Shown here in pieces: positions 1-7,438 of a stretch of DNA of 17,654 nucleotides (positions are counted from its first letter, which is position 1; every line of letters begins with the position of its first letter). Source of the stretch: Cyclobacteriaceae bacterium (GTDB lineage Bacteria; Bacteroidota; Bacteroidia; Cytophagales; Cyclobacteriaceae); contig JAOUKG010000003.1 of assembly GCA_029882725.1 (NCBI GenBank), positions 1 through 17,654 on the forward strand, written 5' to 3'. The notes under the pieces are model-generated. The model saw nothing but the letters and a program-made list of their open reading frames with translations. It was not told where the DNA came from and made no database searches. The position numbers and the translations under genes were made by a program.

Positions 1-334
1 GGTCAAAATATTCGTCTTTAATCTCGGTAATGTGTAAAATAGTGTCTCCACGGTGCACAAAATCACCCTCCCTCACATACCATTTTTCAATTCTTCCGGC
101 TATTACAGAATTAATGGTTTGAGGTCTCATGCCAGGTTGTAGTGTAGTAAGATACCCTTTACTTCTAATATTCTGAGTCCAGGGGAGAAACAAAACCCCT
201 AAAAAAGCAAGAAACAAACCTACAAGTATCCTCGAAAAAATACGTCCGGCTCTATAATCTTTTACCATTGAAAACGACGAATACTTTTTAGTATCCACTT
301 TTTCAACAATTCTATTTTCGCTTATATTTAACAT
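1..334 (-). CDS. HlyD-family membrane-fusion (periplasmic adaptor) protein. Only the N-terminal ~110 aa are in the window; the C-terminus lies beyond position 1. I translated this region myself; it is not in the ORF track.
   Basis: Reverse-complement translation from ATG at 334..332 gives MLNISENRIVEKVDTKKYSSFSMVKDYRAGRIFSRILVGLFLAFLGVLFLPWTQNIRSKGYLTTLQPGMRPQTINSVIAGRIEKWYVREGDFVHRGDTILHITEIKDEYFD. This is a short cytoplasmic N-terminus, one TM helix, then the biotin-lipoyl-like motif (V-x-x-GD-x-V-x-x-GD-x-L) typical of HlyD/EmrA adaptors. The start overlaps the ABC gene stop (ATGTTAA arrangement), which suggests translational coupling. An alternative start is M23, ATG at 268..266. Confidence 0.7.
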   Translation of the reverse strand, partial: MLNISENRIVEKVDTKKYSSFSMVKDYRAGRIFSRILVGLFLAFLGVLFLPWTQNIRSKGYLTTLQPGMRPQTINSVIAGRIEKWYVREGDFVHRGDTILHITEIKDEYFD

Positions 335-2067
335 GATTGTACTACCTTATTAAACCACTTACTCTCCTTACATTTTTTACCATTTATTTCTTCAACAATG
401 GTTCCTGATTTCATAATTACTACCCTATTAAACCTTTCGGCAACACGAGAATCATTTGAAACCACTATTACAGACCATGGTTTGTCTTTATCCAGAACGT
501 AATCCAAAAATCTTTTTTTGTCGTCCAGAGATAGTAAATTAAAGTTATCCTCAAGCATTATCAGACCCGGCCTCATTGCAATACTCCGGGCCAACATTAT
601 TTTAAGGCGAATACTTCTGGGCAAGGTTTTTCCCTCTGAAATCAGCATGGTATTATAACCCTCTTTTAGTGTTTCCACGAAAGAGTCTAAACCCACTACT
701 GCTGCAGCATGCTGAACATCCAAGAGCGTAACATAGGGTTTTCCCACTGAAATATTCTCCATAATAGTACCCTGAAAAACATCCTCTTTAGAAAGGCAAT
801 CTCCAATATGATTACGCAATTGTTCTTTGTTCCAATTTCCCAACGGAATCCCATTGTAAGTTATGGCACCATCATAGGTATCATATAAAGCTGCAATGAG
901 TTGAAGCAATACAGACTTTCCGGATTCATTAAATCCAGACAGGCAAATTTTTTCACCGGATCTGAGATGTAAGTTTATATCTTTTAAAACAGGAACTCTG
1001 CCTTCGGGAAAAGAATAGGTTAACTGGCTGATATTGACTTCCACGCCTTCCTTATCAGGTCTTTCTTCATCCATTTCAGGGTTAATTCCTGAATCTTTTT
1101 CCAAAGGAATATCGGTAACATATCCTATTTTTTCAAGAGCGGTAAGCACATCATAAATGGTTTCCATACTGGTTATAAGCTTTTCTACGGAAGCCAAAAC
1201 CAAAATGATGATAATCTCTGCCGCCACAAACTGACCGATATTCATTTGCTGATTTAACACCAGCATACCACCAATGGCCAATAGCCCCGCAGCCACTACT
1301 ACTTTGAAAACTACAAGGTTAATAAACTGAATGCGCAGGGTTTTGAAATGTTCCTTTCGGCTTTTTAAATAACCAACCACCCTATCATTTGTTTTTGAAA
1401 GTGGCAAGGGTGTGTTGCCTGCCAATTTAAATGTACCCATGGCCCGGGCAAGCTCTTCCAGCCAATGTGCAACTTCGTATTTGTATTTAGACTCCACCAA
1501 ACTTGTCCTCATACCACGTGCCGCCGTAAAACGAAATATTAAAAAGATAAAAAGCAACAGCATTAAGCTGAACATTATGAAAAAAGGATGGTACACAGAT
1601 AACAAAATCAACCCAAAAATAATTTGAAGTGTGGCCGTACTGAAATCCATGATAATCTTTGAAAGGCCTTTCTGTACAGACAGCGTATCAAAAAATCTGT
1701 TTACTAATTCGGGTACGTATAATTTATCTACCTTTTCCAAACTGAACCTGGGAATGCGATAGGCAAATTCAAAAGCCGAACGAGTAAAAATTTTCTGTTG
1801 CAGGTTTTCTGTGATTGTTAATTGCATTATTTGAAGAACACCTACAAATGCAATACCTGCAATTACTAAAATAATAAGTACTATCCAGCTTGTTGAAACT
1901 TGTCCTCCGGTCATTATACCAACAATGGCTTGAATACCTAAAGGAAGAGATAAATTAATAACACCACTGAACAAGGCAAAAACATAAATACTCATAATTT
2001 CCTGCTTTTCTACCTTGAGTAGCTGGAAAAACCTTTTAACAGGCGTAAATCCTTCTGTAATATTCAT
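328..2067 (-). CDS. ABC transporter permease/ATP-binding protein: type I exporter half-transporter with an N-terminal 6-TM domain and a C-terminal NBD. No C39 peptidase domain. The NBD catalytic motifs are degenerate.
   Basis: The ORF track gives 328..2094, but its first codon is TTG; the first ATG is at 2067..2065 (MNITEGFTPVKRFFQLLKVEKQEI...). The TMD has the pattern typical of ABC_membrane exporters. The NBD has a P-loop GFNESGKS, then CLSKEDVFQGTIMENI (Q-loop region), EGYNTMLISEGKTLPRSIRLKIMLARSI (signature region), LIMLEDNF (Walker B region) and VIVVSNDSRV (H-loop region). The stop at 330..328 overlaps the HlyD start, and the start lies 1 nt after the TetR stop. Confidence 0.85.
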   Translation of the reverse strand: MNITEGFTPVKRFFQLLKVEKQEIMSIYVFALFSGVINLSLPLGIQAIVGIMTGGQVSTSWIVLIILVIAGIAFVGVLQIMQLTITENLQQKIFTRSAFEFAYRIPRFSLEKVDKLYVPELVNRFFDTLSVQKGLSKIIMDFSTATLQIIFGLILLSVYHPFFIMFSLMLLLFIFLIFRFTAARGMRTSLVESKYKYEVAHWLEELARAMGTFKLAGNTPLPLSKTNDRVVGYLKSRKEHFKTLRIQFINLVVFKVVVAAGLLAIGGMLVLNQQMNIGQFVAAEIIIILVLASVEKLITSMETIYDVLTALEKIGYVTDIPLEKDSGINPEMDEERPDKEGVEVNISQLTYSFPEGRVPVLKDINLHLRSGEKICLSGFNESGKSVLLQLIAALYDTYDGAITYNGIPLGNWNKEQLRNHIGDCLSKEDVFQGTIMENISVGKPYVTLLDVQHAAAVVGLDSFVETLKEGYNTMLISEGKTLPRSIRLKIMLARSIAMRPGLIMLEDNFNLLSLDDKKRFLDYVLDKDKPWSVIVVSNDSRVAERFNRVVIMKSGTIVEEINGKKCKESKWFNKVVQSC

Positions 2068-2068
2068 A

Positions 2069-2752
2069 TTATTTTGATGATTTAATGGTTGCAAGTGCCA
2101 TCATACAATAAAATTCAGCCAATTTTTGGTCATCGTGGTCTATATCTGTTAAACTGGGCAGATGGTCAGCAAAGTATTTTTGATGCAAAATTCCCTCAAC
2201 AATTGTGGAAATCAGCGTATGAGCATATTGGAAATTGGGTTCGATTTCCAGAACCAACTCACTAATCCTTCCCACCAACCGTTTATAACCCGAATAAAAA
2301 CCTTCCTTGTTGGCGCGATCTACCTCTTTTGTTAAATAGGCTTTTGAAGATTCCGACACTACTATTCTATGAAGAGCACCAAGATTTATGAAGGAAAAAA
2401 TTTCTGAATCCTCATGCCCACGAGCTACTGTATTAATTGCAATTTTAAGCCTTTCTTCAGGTTGAGGAATATTGGTTGTGGAAAAAACCAAATGATATTC
2501 AAGCCAGCCCCAATACCAGGAGGTTATGTAAATAAGTAGTTTATGTTTATTTTCAAAATACCTGTAAATAGAGCCTTCCTTCGTGTTTAACACAATGGCC
2601 AACTTTCTAAAAGTAAATCCTTCAAACCCTATTTCATCTATGATTTTAATGGAATGTGCAATTATATTTTTTCCAAGATCAGATGAATTAGGGTCCTTAA
2701 TATATACTTTTTCATTTACCTGTATTTGAATTTGATTGATCAGGTCTTTCAT
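2069..2752 (-). CDS. TetR/AcrR-family transcriptional regulator
   Basis: 227 aa. N-terminal HTH region GKNIIAHSIKIIDEIGFEGFTFRKLAIVLNTKEGSIYRYFENKHKLL matches the TetR_N signature. ATG at 2752..2750. The stop TAA at 2071..2069 lies 1 nt upstream of the ABC ATG. This is the first gene of a TetR-ABC-HlyD operon. Confidence 0.8.
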   Translation of the reverse strand: MKDLINQIQIQVNEKVYIKDPNSSDLGKNIIAHSIKIIDEIGFEGFTFRKLAIVLNTKEGSIYRYFENKHKLLIYITSWYWGWLEYHLVFSTTNIPQPEERLKIAINTVARGHEDSEIFSFINLGALHRIVVSESSKAYLTKEVDRANKEGFYSGYKRLVGRISELVLEIEPNFQYAHTLISTIVEGILHQKYFADHLPSLTDIDHDDQKLAEFYCMMALATIKSSK

Positions 2753-2944
2753 TTCATTATTTGCTTTTATTACTATAACGCATACTCATGAAAATAGTTT
2801 CGATATATTCATAAATAGTAGTATTACTATCAATTATAGAAATACGCAATTAGATTAGGGCCTGCTGAAAAAGAAAAAATGGGGGATTCTTTACAAAAAA
2901 TGGAAAAATTCGAAAATTGTAGAATTATAATTACGGAGGCACGT

Positions 2945-2986
2945 ATTACACGTAGAGAGGCACGGCCGTGCCTCTCTACGTATAAT
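2945..2986. repeat. GC-rich perfect 30-bp palindrome, extending to ~42 bp with one mismatch, in an AT-rich intergenic gap. Candidate protein-binding site or REP-like element.
   Basis: The core cgtagagaggcacg-gc-cgtgcctctctacg at 2951..2980 is its own reverse complement. The flanks attaca and tataat extend the dyad at 5 of 6 positions. The direct repeat ggaggcacg/agaggcacg lies at 2935..2943 and 2956..2964. No T-tract follows on either strand. Confidence 0.5.
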
Positions 2987-3029
2987 TGTTAGTAATAAAA
3001 AAGAAGAAAAGCCTGTTACAGCAAAAGCA

Positions 3030-4436
3030 CTATTTATTTCCAATTTCTCCACTAAGTATTTTCGCACCTAATATGGATTCCAGCATGCCTGCCTCCTTAC
3101 CGTTTGAGCCTCCAAAAACAGTTGTGGGTAACTGAATGCCGTTGGGACCGGCCAGGGCTCTGGTTCTTTCAACACTGGCATCAAGCTCCATTTGTAGTCT
3201 TTTTTCCGGAGTAATACCGGCTGAAACTTTTTTCGAAATCTCATAAGCTTCGGCATCGGCTATTACCCTGATCTTTTCAGCGGATTTTCTGGCGGCAGCC
3301 AATAAATTGGTTTCTTCCTGTTCTTTATAAGAGGCCGTTTTTGAAGCTGTTTCAGCGGTAATAGTTTGTTCCAATTGTTGTTTTTCCAACTGTACCCTGG
3401 TTTCAGCTTTTTCCCTTTCTCCTTTTGCAATGGCCTTCTGGGTGGCGTAGTATTCTTTTTCAGCCTCCTGCTTCTCTAATTGAGTCTGCGCAACTTGTTC
3501 TTTTTGGTCTTTAAGCCTATTATCAAAACTAGCTTCCCAATCTATATTCGTTACCGCTACCTGTTGAACAGTAAGGCCATATCTTTTTAGTGAGTTAGAT
3601 GCATCTCTTATAGGTTCGCCACTTGCGTCTTTCCTGATCCTGTATCTTTTCTCACGCTTTTCATTATTATCAATTCTTCCCATGGCTACCGTTCTGTTAG
3701 AATCAGTCGGGTTAATAAGAGTTTCATTAATAGACTCGTAGACTTCTTCGGTTAAATACATGCCATTTTCCATTTGATCCTTCAAATAATAATCAAATTG
3801 CGAAGAGGCTCCAGATATATAATCCTGGGCATCCATTAATTTACAGGTATTCTTCAACGCCTGATCATATACCGGATAAATCCTTGCATAAACCAACTTG
3901 CTCTCAGATCTGTTTTTATCGGCCATTTCCAAAAATAATTCCGAATTATTATAATTTATAGAAACAATCAAAGCTGCTGCTATATCTGCTTTAATAGCAT
4001 CAGCAAACTCTCTTGTTTGGGCATTTCTATGATAAATTCCCTCTTCTGTTCTCCCCAAATCCGAAATTTTATCCCCATTGGAGTCTTTTTCAATTATAAT
4101 ATCCTGTAATGCAATTTCAAAAGAAATGGGTATCGTTTTGCCCCAAAATTTCAACTTTACACCCTGAGTAGTAACTGCTGCATCACCCCCCCATAAATAT
4201 TGTATTGCCGTGGCAGTACCTGCCGGATTGTAAAAAAACAGGCCACTTATAGTAGCAAATGCAATGCCTACAAGTCCTAGTATTATAGATTTTTTTATAG
4301 ACCATATTTTAACTAGTCTGTGTATTAAATTTATACCGGAAGGACCCGATTGTGTTTCGGTTCTTGAAGGAAACACATTAATCATAATGGCCATTACAAC
4401 AGCCACCACAATTAAGAAAAAACCTAAATTAGTCAT
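3030..4436 (-). CDS. Membrane-anchored SPFH/band-7 (flotillin/YqiK-like) protein with a long Glu/Lys/Gln/Ala-rich coiled-coil C-terminal half
   Basis: 468 aa, ATG at 4436..4434. An N-terminal hydrophobic segment (IILGLVGIAFATISGLFFY) is followed by a ~200-aa globular region. Residues ~300-440 are a low-complexity heptad-like stretch (KDQKEQVAQTQLEKQEAEKEYYATQKAIAKGEREKAETRVQLEKQQLEQT...AEKIRVIADAEAYEISKK). A C-terminal ...GIQLPTTVFGG resembles stomatin/HflK tails. The family assignment is by architecture and is not certain. Confidence 0.5.
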   Translation of the reverse strand: MTNLGFFLIVVAVVMAIMINVFPSRTETQSGPSGINLIHRLVKIWSIKKSIILGLVGIAFATISGLFFYNPAGTATAIQYLWGGDAAVTTQGVKLKFWGKTIPISFEIALQDIIIEKDSNGDKISDLGRTEEGIYHRNAQTREFADAIKADIAAALIVSINYNNSELFLEMADKNRSESKLVYARIYPVYDQALKNTCKLMDAQDYISGASSQFDYYLKDQMENGMYLTEEVYESINETLINPTDSNRTVAMGRIDNNEKREKRYRIRKDASGEPIRDASNSLKRYGLTVQQVAVTNIDWEASFDNRLKDQKEQVAQTQLEKQEAEKEYYATQKAIAKGEREKAETRVQLEKQQLEQTITAETASKTASYKEQEETNLLAAARKSAEKIRVIADAEAYEISKKVSAGITPEKRLQMELDASVERTRALAGPNGIQLPTTVFGGSNGKEAGMLESILGAKILSGEIGNK

Positions 4437-4550
4437 TTTAAATATTTTAATGTTAATAATCTATTTCTCTAAAAATAGATAAAATAAAATACATAAAAAT
4501 TTATTTATTTAAATAAATGATTCCACCTTAGAATAATATTCTCCCTATAT

Positions 4551-4557
4551 CAAATTA
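4551..4557 (-). promoter_or_regulatory. Candidate Bacteroidota-type -7 promoter element (TAnnTTTG) upstream of the SPFH-like gene
   Basis: The minus strand reads TAATTTG about 115 nt upstream of the ATG at 4436. The surrounding region is extremely AT-rich. The call rests on this motif alone. Confidence 0.15.
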
Positions 4558-4678
4558 AATTATGACAATAACCATAGTTTAAAAATAAGTTATACTATGG
4601 CCAGGGAACGGTATAGGGCAGTAAATGCTGCTAAAATTAGAACCATACAGCAACGCTCCAATAAAAGTTGAAACCTTC

Positions 4679-5314
4679 CTAAAGGTATTTATGCGAGCCA
4701 TCGCAACCAGGCATCTTGCGGGATAAACCACAAGTACAATCGTTTATTCCTTTTCCGTCAAGTATTTTTTGCACATATTTTTCAATTCTGGACTGTCGGC
4801 TTTTAGACTGTTTAGCTCCTGAGAAATAAAGAATGTATCCTCGCTTTCGTCCCGGTGTCAAGGCGTAAAAAGCAGTTTTCAAGTCGGGATTTTCATTTAA
4901 TTTATTTTGAAATTCTTCGGGAATTGAAAGTTCAGGGTCTTTTTTAAAATCAACTTTTAAGCCCTCTTTTTCCAATTCAATGGCTTCAAATATATACTCT
5001 TTCAGGATTGGTGTCAGATCAATAATTTCCTGAGTATTTGTGAATTTAACCATTCGAACAGATCGCGAATTCTCCCCGGGATTTATTAAAATACCATGAT
5101 TATCCTTCAACAAAGCTCCTTTAATAAAACTAAGTATGCAGTATTCTTTTAAGCCACCTATTATGATAACATTCGCATTTTGAAATGTATAACAGGGATT
5201 ACGCCACTTAAATTCTTCGATGAGCATACAATCAAGCAGAATGTTTTGCAATGCCTTCAGTTCAAAATGCCACCTTCTAGCTTTATCGATATATTCCTCA
5301 ACTTTTGGGTTCAT
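4679..5314 (-). CDS. YdeI/OmdA-like (DUF1801-type) protein fused to a C-terminal CDGSH-type [2Fe-2S] motif
   Basis: The track ORF 4679..5338 starts with TTG. The ATG at 5314..5312 gives MNPKVEEYIDKARRWHFELKALQNILLDC..., the start I recall for YdeI/OmpD-associated family proteins. The last 19 aa are CTCGLSRKMPGCDGSHKYL. This matches the mitoNEET cluster-binding motif C-x-C-x2-S-x3-P-x-C-D-G-S-H residue for residue, with the same spacing as CRCWRSKKFPFCDGAH. Confidence 0.65.
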   Translation of the reverse strand: MNPKVEEYIDKARRWHFELKALQNILLDCMLIEEFKWRNPCYTFQNANVIIIGGLKEYCILSFIKGALLKDNHGILINPGENSRSVRMVKFTNTQEIIDLTPILKEYIFEAIELEKEGLKVDFKKDPELSIPEEFQNKLNENPDLKTAFYALTPGRKRGYILYFSGAKQSKSRQSRIEKYVQKILDGKGINDCTCGLSRKMPGCDGSHKYL

Positions 5315-5356
5315 CTGGAGCGATGCTTTAAACAACAATATGGGCGTTAAATTCCT

Positions 5357-6472
5357 TTACACTTTAAAAAATATTCTCTTTTTGTATAAAAAGTAGCACA
5401 TACCCCACTCCAAAGAAAATATAGCTGCCGACCCCACTAATAGAGTTAACGAATGAGAGGAATTGAACCATCCCATTACTCCGTCTGTAATTTGCATTAC
5501 ATATCCATTAAACCAACGATGCCCTACAATTTCGAAAAAGAGATATATAAAAATGGGATTCATACCTACAATTGTAAACAACTCCAGGTTTTTCTTATGC
5601 TGTTTCAGGTCAATCCACCAATAGGAAACAGCCAAACCGAGTAAACACCATCCTCCTGATGCAAAAACGAAAGAACTGGTACTTATTCTTTTAATAATAG
5701 GGGTAATTGACGTCCAGTCCATACCATAACCCAGCACCAAACATACTACACCAGCTATTAAAAAATATTTTACTTTTTCTATACCCTCTTTACTTGCATT
5801 TAGTATTAACTTTCCAGCTATCATGCCCCAGATGGTATGTGCTGCGGTAGGTATAATATTGATAGCCACCCAACCTCCACCGTTGATTTTATTCATCAAG
5901 ATCAAGTCAATATAATTCCCGAAGTTGTGTTGATCTGTAAAAGGTTGATCAAAACCTTCAACATTTGTAAAACGATAAAGAATTTCAGTTAGCAACAGCA
6001 GACCCATACTGAAACCTATTTGGTAGGAAATTTTCCAATTAAAAATCAAAAAGGCCACCAAAAGGGTAAATGATAATTGAGTAAGCACATTCCAAAGTTC
6101 GAAAGAAAGGCCCTGAGATCTGACGGCATAATTCAGCACCCCCCAAAAAAACAACCATCCACTGCGTTTGACTTGTTTTGTAAACGATTGATTCCAGGTA
6201 ATTCCTTTTTGCCGCTGCTTACTGAGAGATAAAGCCAAACTGGTTCCGGCAATGAACATAAACCCGGGTTGAATAAGGTCCCAGAACAGCAAACCGTTCC
6301 AGGGGTGATGAAAAAACTGGTCAATAAACCAATTTGGAGCTATTTCATTGATATGTTCATAAAGAAGTGCAGATTCAAGGACCAGAAAAACCATAATTGC
6401 ACCACGGTAGAAATCGAGTGAGAGGAGTCTTCCCTCCGTATTAGACAAGGAGTTTGTTTTGCTTCGGGACAT
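5357..6472 (-). CDS. Polytopic membrane protein of the DUF5009/DUF1624 HGSNAT-like (heparan-alpha-glucosaminide N-acetyltransferase-like) acyltransferase family
   Basis: 371 aa, ATG at 6472..6470. The N-terminal RLLSLDFYRGAIMVFLV fits the R-x-x-SLD-x-x-RG-x4-M signature of this family. The protein is strongly hydrophobic throughout, with roughly 10-11 predicted TM helices. Confidence 0.6.
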   Translation of the reverse strand: MSRSKTNSLSNTEGRLLSLDFYRGAIMVFLVLESALLYEHINEIAPNWFIDQFFHHPWNGLLFWDLIQPGFMFIAGTSLALSLSKQRQKGITWNQSFTKQVKRSGWLFFWGVLNYAVRSQGLSFELWNVLTQLSFTLLVAFLIFNWKISYQIGFSMGLLLLTEILYRFTNVEGFDQPFTDQHNFGNYIDLILMNKINGGGWVAINIIPTAAHTIWGMIAGKLILNASKEGIEKVKYFLIAGVVCLVLGYGMDWTSITPIIKRISTSSFVFASGGWCLLGLAVSYWWIDLKQHKKNLELFTIVGMNPIFIYLFFEIVGHRWFNGYVMQITDGVMGWFNSSHSLTLLVGSAAIFSLEWGMCYFLYKKRIFFKV

Positions 6473-6667
6473 ACTAATTTAAAATTATTGGTAGGTTCAT
6501 TAACCCGGATTATTCATAACGAATCCTCATGAATATTCCAGATTAAGAAGCAAAATAGTTAAAAAAGTTTTACTACATCTTTTATTGTTTGTGTTTTACA
6601 CGAAAGCGTATTTGTAATGTTTGTATGGTGTATTTATTTATAAAAATAAATTATCACGAAGCATGAA

Positions 6668-6772
6668 TTCAAGGCAACCATTTCGAGAAAAAGTTACCTT
6701 GAATTTAAAAATTCAACTTCTATTCAAAGCATTTTAAACCTTAATTGATTTTTAATTGACTTCTATTTCGAG
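6668..6772. promoter_or_regulatory. Cluster of inverted and direct repeats between the carbonic anhydrase stop and the DUF5009 gene start. Candidate regulator-binding or terminator region.
   Basis: An inverted repeat ttcaaggcaac (6668..6678) / gttaccttgaa (6693..6703) matches at 10 of 11 positions. A perfect palindrome ttgaattt-aa-aaattcaa lies at 6699..6716. A direct repeat ttaattga sits at 6741..6748 and 6752..6759, with an 11-bp start-to-start spacing. The 8-mer atttcgag occurs at 6680..6687 and 6765..6772; the second copy overlaps the CA stop codon. Confidence 0.3.
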
Positions 6773-7392
6773 TTGAAAAATTGAACTTCGCCTGTTTCGA
6801 CATTATACATTCCTCCCACTAGTCCTATCTCACCATTATCTAGCATTTCATTCAATACCGGACTCTGTTTTTTAATATTATCTAGGGTCATTTCTACATT
6901 CTTATGAGCGACCGACTCAACGAAATCGCTATTACTGGAATTTCTGTTATTTAATGGTTCTTTGACTGCCTCCACTGCAGGTTTAAGTTTACTGATCAAT
7001 GCGGTAAGATTTCCAAGTTTTGCATCATCGCAAGCCCCTTTAATAGCACCACATTTACTGTGACCAAGAACAACAATAAGTTTAGACCCGGCAATTTTAC
7101 AGGCAAACTCCATACTTCCGAGTATATCTTCATTCACAAAATTACCTGCAATACGCACACTAAAAATATCACCTAAACCTTGGTCAAAAATCAATTCAGC
7201 CGATACACGCGAATCTATACAAGTCAATATTACAGCAAAGGGATATTGCCCTTCACTTGTCTCATTAGCCTGCTGCAGTAAATTACGATTGGCCTTTAAG
7301 TTCTGTTGAAATCTCAAATTCCCCCCTTTTAAAATAGCCAATGCCTTTTCAGGTGTTATAGAATCTTGTGTTTCTTTTGTATGTGTTCTCAT
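6763..7392 (-). CDS. Beta-class carbonic anhydrase
   Basis: 209 aa, ATG at 7392..7390. It has the zinc-ligand motifs C-x-D-x-R (LTCIDSRV) and H-x-x-C (LGHSKCGA). The stop CTA on the plus strand (TAG) is at 6763..6765. Confidence 0.9.
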   Translation of the reverse strand: MRTHTKETQDSITPEKALAILKGGNLRFQQNLKANRNLLQQANETSEGQYPFAVILTCIDSRVSAELIFDQGLGDIFSVRIAGNFVNEDILGSMEFACKIAGSKLIVVLGHSKCGAIKGACDDAKLGNLTALISKLKPAVEAVKEPLNNRNSSNSDFVESVAHKNVEMTLDNIKKQSPVLNEMLDNGEIGLVGGMYNVETGEVQFFNSK

Positions 7393-7438
7393 CTAAATCT
7401 AATTTCGTTATGGTGTTTTAATAATATTTTTACATGTG

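Noticed and set aside
328-2094. TTG start codons used by the ORF track for several genes (328..2094, 4679..5338, 11583..12632)
   Set aside because: In each case an in-frame ATG 6-27 nt downstream gives an N-terminus matching family expectations (MNITEG..., MNPKVEEY..., MAVKVLK... signal peptide). The ATG is also tightly spaced to the upstream stop. I therefore annotated the ATG starts.
2951-2980. GC-rich hairpin considered as the rho-independent terminator of the SPFH-like gene
   Set aside because: There is no U/T-tract after the stem on either strand, and the dyad is a 30-bp perfect palindrome. A protein-binding site or repeat element fits better. It is kept as a finding rather than called a terminator.
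3030-4436. SPFH protein considered as part of a phage-defence or mobile island
   Set aside because: There are no integrase, transposase, tRNA or defence-associated neighbours. The flanking genes are ordinary housekeeping types on the same strand.
4459-4480. Hairpin atctattt-ctctaa-aaatagat 23 nt upstream of the SPFH-like ATG, and the 12-bp palindrome ttatttaaataa further upstream
   Set aside because: The region is about 85% AT, where short perfect dyads arise by chance. I saw no distinguishing GC content or conservation signal.
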